A program made the position numbers and the translations under genes. A model generated the notes under the pieces. The model ran no database searches. It was given only the letters and a program-made list of their open reading frames with translations, and was not told the DNA's origin. Below are positions 1 through 12,102 of a stretch of DNA of 64,000 nucleotides, in pieces; the first letter of the stretch is position 1, and every line of letters starts with the position of its first letter. The DNA lies in the NCBI GenBank assembly GCA_038087875.1, contig JAXLNO010005561.1:62001-126000 (forward strand), in the 5' to 3' direction. The stretch is from Malacoraja senta. Taxonomy: Eukaryota.

Positions 1-929
1 TCAGTTAAAGTGGAGGTTCCAGGGAGGGTTTTCAAGCGGTTTAAATATAGAGCCAGACAGGCATGATCATGTTTGACAGTTTCCAAATTCTCTTCATGCT
101 GGATGTACTGCTTAAACTGTTGTAACAGGGCTTCCCATTTGAAGCCTCTTAATCCAAGCCAGCAATTATGATCTTGACTCAGGCATGAGATAATACATTC
201 TCCCATGCAAATATGGGTGAGTTTTCAATCCCACTGTAAATGCAGATGAGCACATTTTCATTACTATTTGGTGACCATGGACCTAAATCCACTCCTTGAG
301 AGTCACTGTCACATCACCAAGTTTAACGAGCCGGATAATGTGCTGGGATCCTATTCCTGAACATTCTCCATGTTGATATGTCCTAAAACTTTCAATACTA
401 AAATGGAGAAAATTCAGTCAGCCAGAGTTTAAATTCAGAAAGTTAAATGTACATCATAATTTAAATACCATGTTTTTTATTTTCATGATTAGGAAATATG
501 AAAAGCATAAATTTGTGTATTGGCAGTGGAAATACTTTGGTCAAATTAAATCTCTGAATGTCCATTCCCCAAAAAGTCTACATTAATGGCATTATAACAA
601 ATCTTTATTTGTATTGTACAAATACCAGCAGAAAATGCATTCATTCCATCTAGGGCTGACAGCCCCTGACTTATTGCGTGCACACTTTTTCATCTATCAG
701 CTGGGTGTATACGTACAATCATACAGGTTTAATATTTTAATCTGTTTGTGCATGATAACTTGTACATGCATTAAGAACTTAAGCAATGGTGGCATTTGCT
801 ATCAGTGTTCTAGTTGAAATTATTTATCTGAGTAGAGGCGTATTATGTTTGGAGAGATAGTTTGAGTTATTCTTCCCTTCCCTCCCATACCACCCCCTTT
901 CTTCCCTTCCCTCCCATACCACCCCCTCC

Positions 930-1469
930 CCTGGTACTTTCCCTTGCAACCGCAAGAGATGCAACACTTGTCCCTTCACTTCCCCCCTCCACTCCATTCC
1001 AGGACCCAAGCAGTCGTTCCAGGTGCGACAGAGGTTCACCTGCATCTCCTCCAACCTCATCTATTGCATTCGCTGCTCTAGATGCCAGCTGATCTACATC
1101 GGTGAGACCAAGCGGAGGCTTGGCGATCGTTTCGCCGAACACCTCCGGTCGGTCCGCAATAACCAACCTGAACTCCCGGTGGCTCAGCACTTCAACTCCC
1201 CCTCCCATTCCGTATCTGACCTCTCTGTCCTGGGTCTCCTCCATGGCCACAGCGAGCAACACCGTAAATTGGAGGAAATGCACCTCATATTCCGCTTGGG
1301 CAGTCTACATCCTGGTGGCCTGAACGTTGAATTCTCCCAATTCTGCTGGCCCTGGCTGTCCCCTCCCCTTCATCAGCCATCTGGTTGTCTCCTCCCCTCC
1401 CCCAGCCCTCGGGCTCCTCCTCCTCCTTTTCCTTTTTTCCTTTCTTCTCCCCACCCCCTATCAGTCTGA
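930..1469 (+). pseudogene. PLE Cys-rich linker plus GIY-YIG endonuclease (C-terminal part of PLE ORF)
   Basis: One open frame PGTFPCNRKRCNTCPFT...FTCISSNLIYCIRCSRCQLIYIGETKRRLGDRFAEH...VAQHFN...LEEMHLIFRLGSLHPGGLN, with IY/YIG motifs and the PLE CCHH pattern. The RT domain is missing. Confidence 0.88.
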
Positions 1470-1496
1470 AGAAGGGTTTCGGCCCGAAACGTTACC
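1463..1496 (+). ncRNA. Minimal type I hammerhead ribozyme motif in PLE pLTR
   Basis: CTGAAGA (1466-1472), extra A, stem II GGGT-TTCG-GCCC, GAAAC-GTT with a palindromic ACGT minimal stem III. PLE-associated minimal hammerheads are established. Confidence 0.75.
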
Positions 1497-1817
1497 TATT
1501 TCCTTCGCTCCATAGATGCTGCTGCACCCGCTGAGTTTCTCCAGCATTTTTGTGTACCTTAGTTTGAGTTATTAGTTGTTTCCTACACAAAGGTATTGAC
1601 AATACGTCGAGTACATTGTGGAGAATGAGAAGATACGTTACGTTAATGTAAATGATAACAAAACTACCACAGTCTGCCTGACAATACAGCAACAGCTTAG
1701 TTCTTGGATGGGATAGGCAGGTTAATGAACAAACAAAATCATATTGTATTATAACGCAATTGGGGGAGAGGGTGTTGTATGTCATAGTCTTCATCCATCT
1801 ACATTGTCTAGGGCTCA

Positions 1818-1982
1818 AGATGGACACAAAGTGCTGGAGTAACTCAGCAGATCATGCAGCAACTAGACAAAAAGGATGGTTGACGTTTTGTGTCTGAACC
1901 CTTGTTCAGACTGAAAGCAGAGGGGAGGGAACTGGAGAAAGGAAAAGGCCAGAACAAATCAGAGCCAGCAACAGATGACCAA
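1818..1982 (-). mobile_element. PLE pLTR-derived short insertion
   Basis: GACACAAAGTGCTGGAGTAACTCAGC...GACGTTTTGTGTCTGAACCCTTGTTCAGAC; degenerate TSD GTCTAGGGCTCA (1806-1817) / GTCTTAGGCTCA (1983-1994). Confidence 0.75.
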
Positions 1983-3792
1983 GTCTTAGGCTCATCTGGA
2001 AATAAACATACTAATATGTATAAGCAAGTGTAATGCTTTGTCCAAGTAGCCTAGTTATGAAATTCAATAAATAAAACAAAATATACCATTACACAATTTC
2101 TTCCAAGTGTCAGCAAATATCTCATCTGCCCTTAGAGGAAGCTCCTGTTGGGGACTAATGTGAGATTAAGCAATTGATTGGAACAGCACTGTGTTTGGCA
2201 GCAGAAACCAATCAAAGATTGACCAGCATGGACAAAACCTGGGATTAAAGGGATCTCGAAAGACAAATTACAATCAACCAAATACCAAGAACAAAACAGA
2301 CTGAGACTCCCTCAACTATATATTTGATTCTGAACAAGAGTTTGCCAACATTATGTCATGCTGGGAAATAGAATTCAACATTGTGCTCGAATCACTGCTC
2401 ATGAACTTTGGCTGTCAACGTTATCTGAAAGTCAGGCCATTTTAAAAACAACAAAATGTCTTGGCAATCAGCGAGCCCCAATGGAAAATGGTCAGTAGAG
2501 GCTTTGTTTTCAATTGATGGGGAGAAGTCGGGATTTCTGGCCCAAACGCCATTTTCTGTTGCATTGTGTTGCTTCCACCTATCCCACCTCTTTTACTAAT
2601 TTCTAACAAAGGCATTAAAAAGTACACATTTCTTCTTTTGGTTGGAATGAAAATTATTTATTTTCCTGAGATTTCAGACTCTGCTGCAGACTTATTGCTC
2701 CAAGTGGGTGGAACAGAGGAAGTGCTTATGTTCTCTGAAAGAGGATACCACACCCCTTGCAGCTGGGCCAAGAATCAGTAAAACCCGTCACACACTACGA
2801 GAGATTTCAGTGCACTGTAGCACAGGACTCCCAGCTTCCTCTCACAGAACTTGGTTACTGGTTCAACATTTTTAAAAGATTAATTAAACATTCAGATAAA
2901 CTAGTACTATCTATGCATGCTCCAGTTCTTCTGCCAGATCATCATTTTTGTCCATCTTCTCCCACGTTAAAACTGGCAAGGCTTTGAACATTACAGGCAG
3001 ATTCATGTGTCTGGTACTGCAGCAAGTCAAACTGACAAGCTGGGGAGGAGGTGCTAAGTCTTAGGTGGTGACAGAGCGTAGTAATGCAATCATTGCTTTC
3101 AGCCATGTAGAGAGAAGCACATTATGAAATAAAATGATTGTTCGACTCAACTTCAGTACACCGTAAGGAAATTCTTTACAGGTTTAAGAACAATTTTAAA
3201 TCATCGGTTTACACAGTCCCTTATTGATCTCCCAGGAATTCAAGCAAACAGAGTAAATGTGCTTGATAGCTCAGCTGTTCAATGTCTTGCGTTTCTTAGC
3301 TTAGATCACCTGCTTTATCTGTCAAATCTTAACTGGGTCATTTTTACTTTTATTAGAGATTATTATATCAACTCCTAAATTCCTCTGTACAATCTGAATG
3401 GTTAAACCACCCAACCTTGCAGTAACTGGTACGGGCTTCCAAGATGTCCTCATGGGAAAGGAAACTATTCTGTTGGCTTAATTTAACAAATCTGTTAGCG
3501 CTGTTCCGTAAAGGGTAAAAAAAACCTGCACATCTGTTTCATTCTGAAATGTGCTCTAGACAAGTCATGCTAGCCTGTCTATATTTTCAATGAATATTTG
3601 CTCAATGACTCATCTATATGCACTGAAACATTAAAAAAATGTTTCCATCAAAAACTCCAGTCATTAATATTTTAAAACAACCTGATTTTAATTATAGCAG
3701 TGGGATATATGTTACCCTACTTCTGGTTTCCAAGTCAGAGAGAATAATCAACAGAAAATGCCTGTTTTTTACCGATCATTTTCATGTTGTGT

Positions 3793-3998
3793 AGAAACAA
3801 GGAACTGCAGGTGCTGGTTTACACAAAAAGACACAAAGTGCTGAAGTAACTCAGCAGGTCAGACAGCATCCCTGGACAACATGGATAGGGGATGTTTTAG
3901 GTGTCGTCTGAAGAACGATCCCAACCCGAAATGTAACCGACCCAGGTTCTCCAGAGATGCTGATTCACCCGTCAAGTTATCCAGCACTCTGTGTCCTT
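3793..3998. mobile_element. Fold-back (inverted) pLTR pair
   Basis: GACACAAAGTGCTGAAGTAACTCAGC... followed by its reverse complement ...CTGAAGAACGATCCCAACCCGAAATGTAACC...CCAGCACTCTGTGTC. Confidence 0.8.
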
Positions 3999-4236
3999 AA
4001 GTTCAATCGTTAGATTAAATCCCTTACTGACCTGTAATTAACACAGTAATTAACATTCAGCTCTTGTTGTCTCCCAATCTTCAAATTTGATGAGAAAATT
4101 AACCTGAATGTCTCTCGTGCAGATCTCAGAGTAACCCTCTGGCAGAGGCCTGAGAGAACATCCGAACCAAACATTCACAATTGGATTTTATTGCAAGGTG
4201 GAGAAATATCCTTACATCTCATGTTCAAACATTTGT

Positions 4237-4780
4237 GAGAAAGACTGTCAAACTATTCAGCGGGATATAGAGTGGAGAAATGGCAGAGTTTAATCCGAGC
4301 AAGTGTGAGGTGCTGCACTTCGGGAAATTAAATGCAAAGGGAAAAGAGCATGACCCTTAACATCATTGATACGAGATCTTGGGGTCCAAGTCGATATCTC
4401 TCTGAAAGTGGCAACACCTAGGTAGAGTGGTAAAGAAGGCATATTGTATGCTTGTTTTCAAAGGTCTGGCCATTGAGTACAAGAGTCAGGACGTCATGAT
4501 GCAGCTTGACACAACTTTGGTTAGGCCGCATTTGGAGTGTTGCATGCAGTTCTGGTCGCCCTATTTACAGGAAGGCTCTGGGGGGGTTTATGAAAGTGTG
4601 CAGAAAAGGTTTACCAGAAGATTACCTAGATAAAGGGGTGATACCGGGGATGGTGGTTGAGGCAGATAAGATATGGAGGAATATGGATATGTGCAGGGTA
4701 GATAAGAGATGGTCTTGGCATCATGTTTGGCACAATCATTGTGGGCCGAAGGGCCTGTTCTCGTGCTGTACTGTTCTTTG
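4237..4780 (+). mobile_element. CR1 (HER1-like) LINE 3' fragment, internally deleted
   Basis: FNPSKCEVLHFG, VVKKAYCMLVFKGLAIEYKSQDVMMQLDTTLVRPHLECCMQFWSP; 3' UTR GGGCCGAAGGGCCTGTT...TGCTGTACTGTTCT. Confidence 0.85.
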
Positions 4781-4930
4781 GAGTGTGGGAGGAAACCGGA
4801 GCACCCGGAGAAAACCCACGCAGTCACAGGGAGAATGCACAAACTCCATACAGACAGCAGCCATAGTCAGGATCAAACCCGGGTCACTGGCGCTGTGAGG
4901 CAGTACAGTCTACCGCTGCACCACTGTGCT
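4775..4930 (-). mobile_element. HE1-like V-SINE, 5' half
   Basis: Reverse complement of a tRNA-like head plus V-domain (GGGTTTTCTCCGGGTGCTCCGGTTTCCTCCCACACTCCAAAGA). Confidence 0.85.
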
Positions 4931-5930
4931 TCCAAAGTGATCCACTTGTTCACTTGTGGACAAATGGCATGCTGAACTTCATTTCATTGAGAATGCATGC
5001 TAAGTAGCGCATGTAAACGTGACGTTAGACACCATTGTTGTTTGCTCTGAACCTCACTGGACTGGAAATGCATGCAACAGGAAGGACCTCCAACGGCACG
5101 ATTTAAAGGGACCTTCCACTACTCCCAGCTGGTTTGCTGGTTAATTGTTTGTTGGCCTTTGCTATAATTCTGTGTCTGCTGCTTTACGTAGCTGTTTGAA
5201 ACCGCAATCCCATGGGGGGGGGGGAGGGGGGGGGGTGCTCCAGGTGCCGCAGGATCTTTTGCTGACTGCAAGGTCTTTGTTCAAGCCAACAGCTCCCAGA
5301 CTCGCCTCCTCAGCAGGCCTCCCCTTGGTAGACGGCACAAATGGTGAGCAAAGGTTGGGCACACAGAACAGAAGCAGCTGATGCATGAGGCAGGAGGAAA
5401 AAGGAGGGGAGAAATACTTTCAGCAGGAGGTCAGATCAACTCTGGGAGTCAGGAGCCATTCGTCTTCTTGAACCCGAGTAAGGAATGCGAGGCATCAGCA
5501 CTTGAGTAACATGGTCCTTACCAACATTTCCAGTGGCAGCAGCCACAGGTGAGGAGGTCCATCTTGTCAGTTGGCCTCATTTGGTCAGTGCCTGCCCAAG
5601 TGTACCAAAGAATGTGGCTTAGAGGCACCTGCTTTAGACCATCGCATCATTGTATGGGTCACAGCAATCTAGGCTGGCTCACCTCCGAGCAATGGTGCAA
5701 ATGCGGAAGTGTGACAGACAAATGACCTCTCCTCCACAAAGCCACTTCCAATACCCACTGACTGCAGCTCAGTGAACCAAGCACTCAGCTAGTTCACAGT
5801 AATGATCTTGCACCAGAAATTCCACCCATACTTTGGATAGAATAACAAATCCATATGTAAACTGCAAAGATTTTCTTGATAGGAGTGTCCTGCATTGTTA
5901 CCCAGAGCTCTTGAAATATTAAATTTAGGG

Positions 5931-6203
5931 GAGAGTTGCTGCCATTGGACCCGGGTTCAATCCTGACTACGGGTGCTGTCTGTATGGAGTTTGTACGTTC
6001 TCCCTGTGACCTCGTGGGTTTTCTCTGGGTGCTCCGGTTTCCTCCCACACTCCAAAGACGTACAGGTATGCAGCTTCATTGGCTTTGGTAAAGATTGTAA
6101 ATTGTTCCTAGGGTTTAGGATAGTGCTAGTGTTGGGGGATCGCTGGTCGGCACGGACTCGGTGGGCCGAAGGTCTTGTTTCTGCGCTGTACCTCTAAACT
6201 AAA
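5931..6203 (+). mobile_element. HE1-like V-SINE
   Basis: B box GGTTCAATCC, V-domain, CR1-derived tail GGGCCGAAGG...CTCTAAACTAAA. Confidence 0.88.
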
Positions 6204-7440
6204 GATAAAAATTGCTGAAAAAATATTAAAACTTCCTTCATTATGAAATGGTGCTAAAGCAAAGAAAACGTTTTAAAACAATATATTGACCGTATGCATG
6301 TACTTTCAATGAAATCAATATTCAGCATTCTTCCTAATACCCAGTGTTTATCTGGATGACTGATATCTGATGATAGAGAGCAGGGGGTAAAGATGGCCTC
6401 AGAATTGTCCTAAGTTAGTTGATCGAGGGCAAATGCAATGGTGAGATCACAGTAACAGCTTCATGGCTAGGGCCCAAGGAGGTGAGATGCTACAAGGGTT
6501 CCTACTTCTGATCAGCTTTTCGAAGCCAGGTTGGAGAGATGGGAGTGTAGAAAACAGGTGTGAATCTGGCTTTGTACCCCGCAATTAAGCAGGTTGCAAA
6601 GATTTACTGTGAGCCGTCAGATGTGGTTTACAGCCTATTGACAGGGTATTGGAAGTGAATAAGTACCAAGCTTTAAGCCAAGGAAGAAAGATAACTAAAA
6701 AGGGAACAGGTTACCAGTCTATAAGTTAATGTGAATTTTCACAGAGCAATTCTGGGGTACAGATTTATATGACTGCTTCAAAATTTCTCATTGCACAATA
6801 TTTCAACTCTGCCAAAAAACTGTGATTTTCTAGTAAGTTTTCCTTATGTTGGTCAAGTGATTGAGTGAGATCTGATAACCAAATATTATTATTCATCTCT
6901 TCTCCAAATAATTACAAATTAGTCCCCAAAAAGCAATGAGCGTAAGACACTGAAGTTAGTGATTAGCCTGGAAACATAAAACACCTGATTTATCTCTTCC
7001 GCTCTTGGTTATTCTTGCCAGAATAATTGTATCTTTACTGCTTGCAAAGAAATCCCTGAATGCAAAATTCAGCAAACCTCAATCTCATTTGCACGATTCA
7101 AGTCTTTATCTCTTTCTACATTTTGAATCTTGTCAACAAGCAGCTTGCAAAGATTTACATGAACTCAGTATCATTTTTTCTTCACACTAATCAAATAGCT
7201 GAGTCTGACAAAGGTCATAGTGCCAAAGACCTACGTTTAGACTTCTAGTTTAGTTGATTTAGATTAACACATATACTCCCTTTCACAGATAACAATGTTT
7301 CTGCTATTTTTAAAGGAAATTATAGAAGACATGTTTTAAAAGTTTCTTTCAAAGCAGCCCAAAATTTTAAAAGCAAGTTCAGCAGATTAACCTCCTTACA
7401 TTACTGCAACTATAACATTTCTATCACTGTCAAATATACC

Positions 7441-7510
7441 CAAAGTGCAGGTAAATGGGACGAGCCCAGTATGCTAAAGTGGTCACCATGGACAAAGTGG
7501 GCTGAAGGAA
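7441..7510 (+). mobile_element. CR1 3' UTR remnant
   Basis: GCAGGTAAATGGGAC...ATGGACAAAGTGGGCTGAAGG, similar to other CR1 tails in the window. Confidence 0.55.
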
Positions 7511-8624
7511 CTTCACTATAGAGTGTGCTAGATGCTGCCCATGAATTTGCTGCCAGGATCTCGTGTGTATGATGCATTAAGCTAGAAGTGGCGGCAACAA
7601 ATGCAACCTTGGCCCCCGATCAATGCAGTTACTTGCAGGAGCTGCCCTGCATTGCAAATGAGCGGCCTGCTTTGGCTTGGCCGAGGAAGCCCAAGGCAGC
7701 AGTGAATGGCAGTGGGAGACAGCGATCATGTGCTGATGCCGCAATAGAACCTTCAATGGTTCACTCCATGTCCCACAGCAACCCCCACTGCCCTGAAAGA
7801 TGACACGAGGATACAGCCATTGGCCCAACCTCTAATCTCTAATCCATTGTGTATGTTCTGACACCGTACAGCGGAAGCCTGTCTCACCACTCACCTCATA
7901 GTGATTGGAACTTTTCTGACAACATGCGTGTCTAGGCTGCTATTTTTCATCCATCAAAATGGATCATTCTTCCGAAGGAGTACCTCAAGTAGACAAGGCT
8001 CCATGTTAGACCCAAGGATCCTACATTTTCCTGAAAATGACTATGACACTAAAAGGAAAGACTCCCCTCTCCATTTTTTGATTTGCTTGGTTGCAAGTTC
8101 TGACCTCTGTAAAAAACATACCTTAGAAACTTCTCTCACAGAATACCAGATGAACAAAAATAGATTTAGCAGCATGCTGAAGACAAGAGATAATGCAAAT
8201 GTAAAAGTAGGTTAATACCTTCCTGAAGGCAATCTGCTGGAAGCTTGCAGTAAATAAGGAGACACAGATTTCAGAGCAAGTAAACCTTAAGTATAATTTG
8301 GGTGCAGAACAGATTTGGATCATGCAATAAGTGCAATAACATCTTGGTAGTTTTTACATAATTTTGGTTTAGTTTTAAATAAACACAAAAGGCACAGATG
8401 ATGGGCCTTCGCTGGTGACTCACTGGTGGATTCCCTCAGGTTGTTCTGAGGGTTACAGTGGTTCCTTCAATTAACTAGGTGATCTAGAGGGGAAACTGAC
8501 CTAGTCTAATCTTGGCTGTCAACTATGCAACAGAGAGAAGGAAATGGGAGAATAAAAAAAAAATATTTGTAGATATGAAACTGCAATTTGTACATGTTGA
8601 GAGTATATATCACATATTCAGCAA

Positions 8625-8922
8625 GGCGCCGTGGCACACCGATAGAGTTGCTGCCTTACGGCTCCAGAAACCCAGGTTTGATCCTGACTACAGGTGCTGT
8701 CTATACGCAGTTTGTATGTTCTCCCTGCGACTGCGTGGGTTTCCTCTGGGTGCTCTGGTTTCCTTCCACACTCCAAAGACATGCAGATTTGTAGGTTAAT
8801 TGTCTTCGGTAAAATTGTAAGTTGTCCCTAGTGTTCCTAGTGTTAGGAAGGGGTGATCGCTGGTCTGCGCAGATTCGGTGGGCCGAAGGGCCTATTTCCG
8901 CACTGTATCTTTAAAGTCTAAA
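8625..8922 (+). mobile_element. HE1-like V-SINE, near full length
   Basis: tRNA-like head, V-domain, tail GGGCCGAAGGGCCTATTTCCGCACTGTATCTTTAAAGTCTAAA. Confidence 0.88.
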
Positions 8923-9299
8923 CACAATTAACTTGTATCTCAGTTGCATATGTATTCTTGTCACATCACATTTCTCATGTTTAGATGCTGAATTGCTCCT
9001 AGATTGTTGTCCAATCATTCAGCTGGGAGGCTTATCCGAGACTATCAACTAAGCTATCCAATAACAGAGGTGGTGATGCTGGTGAGCAATATCAACAAAC
9101 ATGTGGATGCTGTCACACTGGTTAACACACATCACTGAAGGGCCGCATGCAGATGAGGGAGAGAATGGATGGAGTCCAGAGGGGCAGCCTGGGGAAACTC
9201 TGGAGGTGAAAAGAAGCAAAGCCAGAACCAGGGTTGTCATGACTATAAATGGGTAGGAAACAAGGGGGGAGGTGTCCTATTTGTTATTTATCTTTTGGG

Positions 9300-9600
9300 A
9301 TTTAGCATGGAAACCGGCCATTCGGCCCACCAAATCCACGCAGACCACATTAGTTCTATGTTATCGCACTTTTGCATCCAGTCGCTAAACACTCCGGGTA
9401 ATTTGCAGCAGCCAATCAACTTACAAACACATACGTCTTTGAGGTTTGGGAGGAAACCAGAGCACCCCTAAGAAAACCTATATGTCACAGGAAGAACGTG
9501 CAATCTCCACACTATCAGCACCCAAGGTCAGGATGGAACCTGGGTCTCTAGCCCTGTGAGGAAGCAGCTCTACCAGCTGTGGTGTGGCATTGTGCTGCCC
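9300..9600 (-). mobile_element. V-SINE (older copy)
   Basis: GAAACCGGCCATTCGGCCCA...GGGAGGAAACCAGAGCACCC...CTGTGAGGAAGCAGCTCTACCAGCTG. Confidence 0.8.
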
Positions 9601-10155
9601 TGAATTTGACTGGTTGTGTTAAAGGGTAGGATGATCAAGTAGGCTGACGAGGATGGTGCTTAAAGAAATCAGGTAACATAAGCCTTAAATAGTCCATGTG
9701 GATCCTGACATAGATCTTAACAAAAATAAGTCAGCCGAATGAGACTGAAAAGCCTTCTCTCATTATTAATATTAAGTGTATATTCTTTTGAAATACTACT
9801 CAAGATAAGAATGTGGGAATTATGAGTGCTGATGATTCTGCGCATGGGTGAAGAATATGTCATAAAGAATGCTCCTTCCTGGAGAATAAGAACATTAAAA
9901 CAAAACAAACATAAAGTCACACTTTCGTGATTCCACATTGTTCCATCTTTTTCAGTTGCCCTTTCACGACCATTAATTAGTGATTAATAATTAATCAAAC
10001 TTTGATATTTAAAGGACCTGATAACATTTGTAATGCCAGAGATCTCTGAAAACCCCATTACTTTTTCTAGTTGATCAGATAAAATGCAATTTCATTTAAT
10101 TACAGATCCTGATAAATTAAAACATTTGCATACATTTTATTTGAAAGGAAAGTTG

Positions 10156-10193
10156 GAGAGAGAGACAGAGAGAGAGAGAGAGAGAAAGAGAGA
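10156..10193. repeat. (GA)n microsatellite
   Basis: Imperfect GA dinucleotide run. Confidence 0.9.
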
Positions 10194-10751
10194 TCTTTAA
10201 TGTTATTTTTTTTGGAGCAAGACAGTTTATACAAAAATGTAACCTATGCATCATCCAGTTGCAAGGACCGGCACAGGGTTCTGTACATGTGTCATATAAA
10301 TATCCTTTATAGGAAATCAGTCTCCTCTCTGCAGCAATTCCTCAACGACTGTATGTCTTCAGTGCAGCAAATATACTCGCCAACCATAAGTTCTTTAGTC
10401 ACAAAATATGAACTTTGCCATCCAACCATAAAATGCAGACTGTTTATTGAGACTGTCTGGTCAGTTAGTCCAAAACCAGACAGTGCATTTCATTGAACAA
10501 AACCGCAATTACAAGCGTGGACTGACCCTTTGCTCACCTCTCATCAGACAAATGCTTTGTGCACACTGGGGTACAAATTTCTCATTGTTTGTTTGTGGGC
10601 ACAAAGGTGGCAATGAACTGGGAGGCTCAAAGTCCCTGAGCTGATTTCACTGTCAACTTGGCTTGCAAGTTGGAGCCCGTCCCAACTGCACAAAAACAAA
10701 CGTTTGACGGCACTTTGAACGTTGAAACTTACCGTAACGTGAAAGACCTGG

Positions 10752-11737
10752 GTAGACACAAAATGCTGGAGTAACTCAGCGGGACAGGCAGCATCTCTGG
10801 AGAGAAGGAATGGGTGACATTTTGGGTCGAGACCCCTCTTCAGAGTGATGTCAGGGGAGTGCGCAGGACAGAGATAGAATGTAGTCGGAGACAGTAAGAG
10901 GGGTGGGAGAACTGGGAAGGGGGAGGGGATGGAGAGAGAGTGCTATTTGAAGTTAGAGAAGTCAATGTTCATACTGCTGGGGTGTAAGCTACGAAAGCAA
11001 AATATGACGTGCTGTTTGTCCCTCCAATTTGCGCTGGGCCTCACTCTGACAATGGAGGAGGCCCAGGACAGAAAGGTCAGATTGGGAGTGGGAGGGGGAG
11101 TTAAAGTGCTGAGCAACCAGATCAGGTAGGTTAAGGCGGACTGAGCGGCGGTGTTCAGCGAAACGATCGCCGAGCCTGCGCTTGGTCTCGCTGATGTACA
11201 GCAGTTGACACCTAGAACAGCGGATACAGTAGATGAGGTTGGAGGAGGTGCAAGTGAACCTCTGCCTTACCTGAAAAGACTGTTGGGGTCCTTGGATGGA
11301 GTCGAAGGGGGCGGTAAAGGGACAGGTGTTGCATCTCCTGCGGTTGCTGGGGAAAGTACCTGGGGAGGGGGTGGTTTGGGTGGGAAGGGGCGAGTTGACG
11401 AGGGAGTTGCAGAGGGAACGGTCTCTGCGGAAAGTAGAGAGGGGTGGAGATGGGAAGATGTGGCCAGTAGTGGGATCCCGTTGGAGGTGGCAAAAATGTT
11501 GGTGGATTATATGCTGTATGCGACGGCTGATGTGGTGGAAGGTGAGGACGGGGACTCTGTCCTTGTTACGAATGGGGGGAGGGGGAGCAAGAGCGGAGCT
11601 GCAGGATATCGAGGAGACCCTAGTGAGAGCCTCATCTATAATGGAAGAGGGGAACCCACGTTTCCAAAAGAATGAACACATCTCCGATGATCTGGAATGG
11701 AAAACCTCATCCTGGGCGCTGATGCACCGTAGACGGA
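10752..11737 (-). mobile_element. 5'-truncated Penelope-like retroelement (RT C-terminus, linker, GIY-YIG, pLTR)
   Basis: ORF 10989-11780 RLRCISAQDEVFH...KRGFP...RRCNTCPF...NLIYCIRCSRCQLLYISETKRRLGDRFAEH; perfect 13-bp TSD GTGAAAGACCTGG at 10739-10751 and 11738-11750. Confidence 0.92.
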
Positions 11738-11740
11738 GTG

Positions 11741-12102
11741 AAAGACCTGGATAGAGTGGACATGGAGAGGATATTTCCATTTGTGGGCAAGTCCAGGATC
11801 AGAGGCCAAAGCTTCAGAATAAAAGGATGTAACTTTGGAAAGGAGATGAGGAGGGATTTCTTTAGTCAGAGGGTGCTGAATCTGTGGAATTAATTGCCAC
11901 AGAAGGCTATGGAGGCCAAGTCAATGGATATTGTTGCGGTGGAGATTGACAGATTCTTGATTAGTAAAGGTGTCAGGAGTTATGGGGAGAAGGCAGGAGG
12001 ATGGGGTTGGGAGGGAAAGATAGATCAGCCATGATTGAATAGCGGACTGGACTTGATGGACCGAATGGCCTATTTCAGCACCTATAACTTATGAACTTAT
12101 GA
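11741..12102 (+). mobile_element. CR1 LINE 3' end
   Basis: LDRVDMERIFP...FFSQRVLNLWN-LP-like coding, 3' UTR and (ACTTATGA)n tail. Confidence 0.88.

Larger units (their letters stand above)
872..1559 (+). mobile_element. 5'-truncated Penelope-like retroelement (Neptune-type): linker, GIY-YIG endonuclease, 3' pLTR with hammerhead
   Basis: Perfect 14-bp TSD TAGTTTGAGTTATT at 858-871 and 1560-1573; GIY-YIG coding frame; 3' end matches the dispersed pLTR repeat. Confidence 0.92.

Noticed and set aside
11151-11754. Plus-strand ORFs of 174 and 152 aa (also 867-1283 on minus)
   Set aside because: Antisense shadows of the PLE coding strand.
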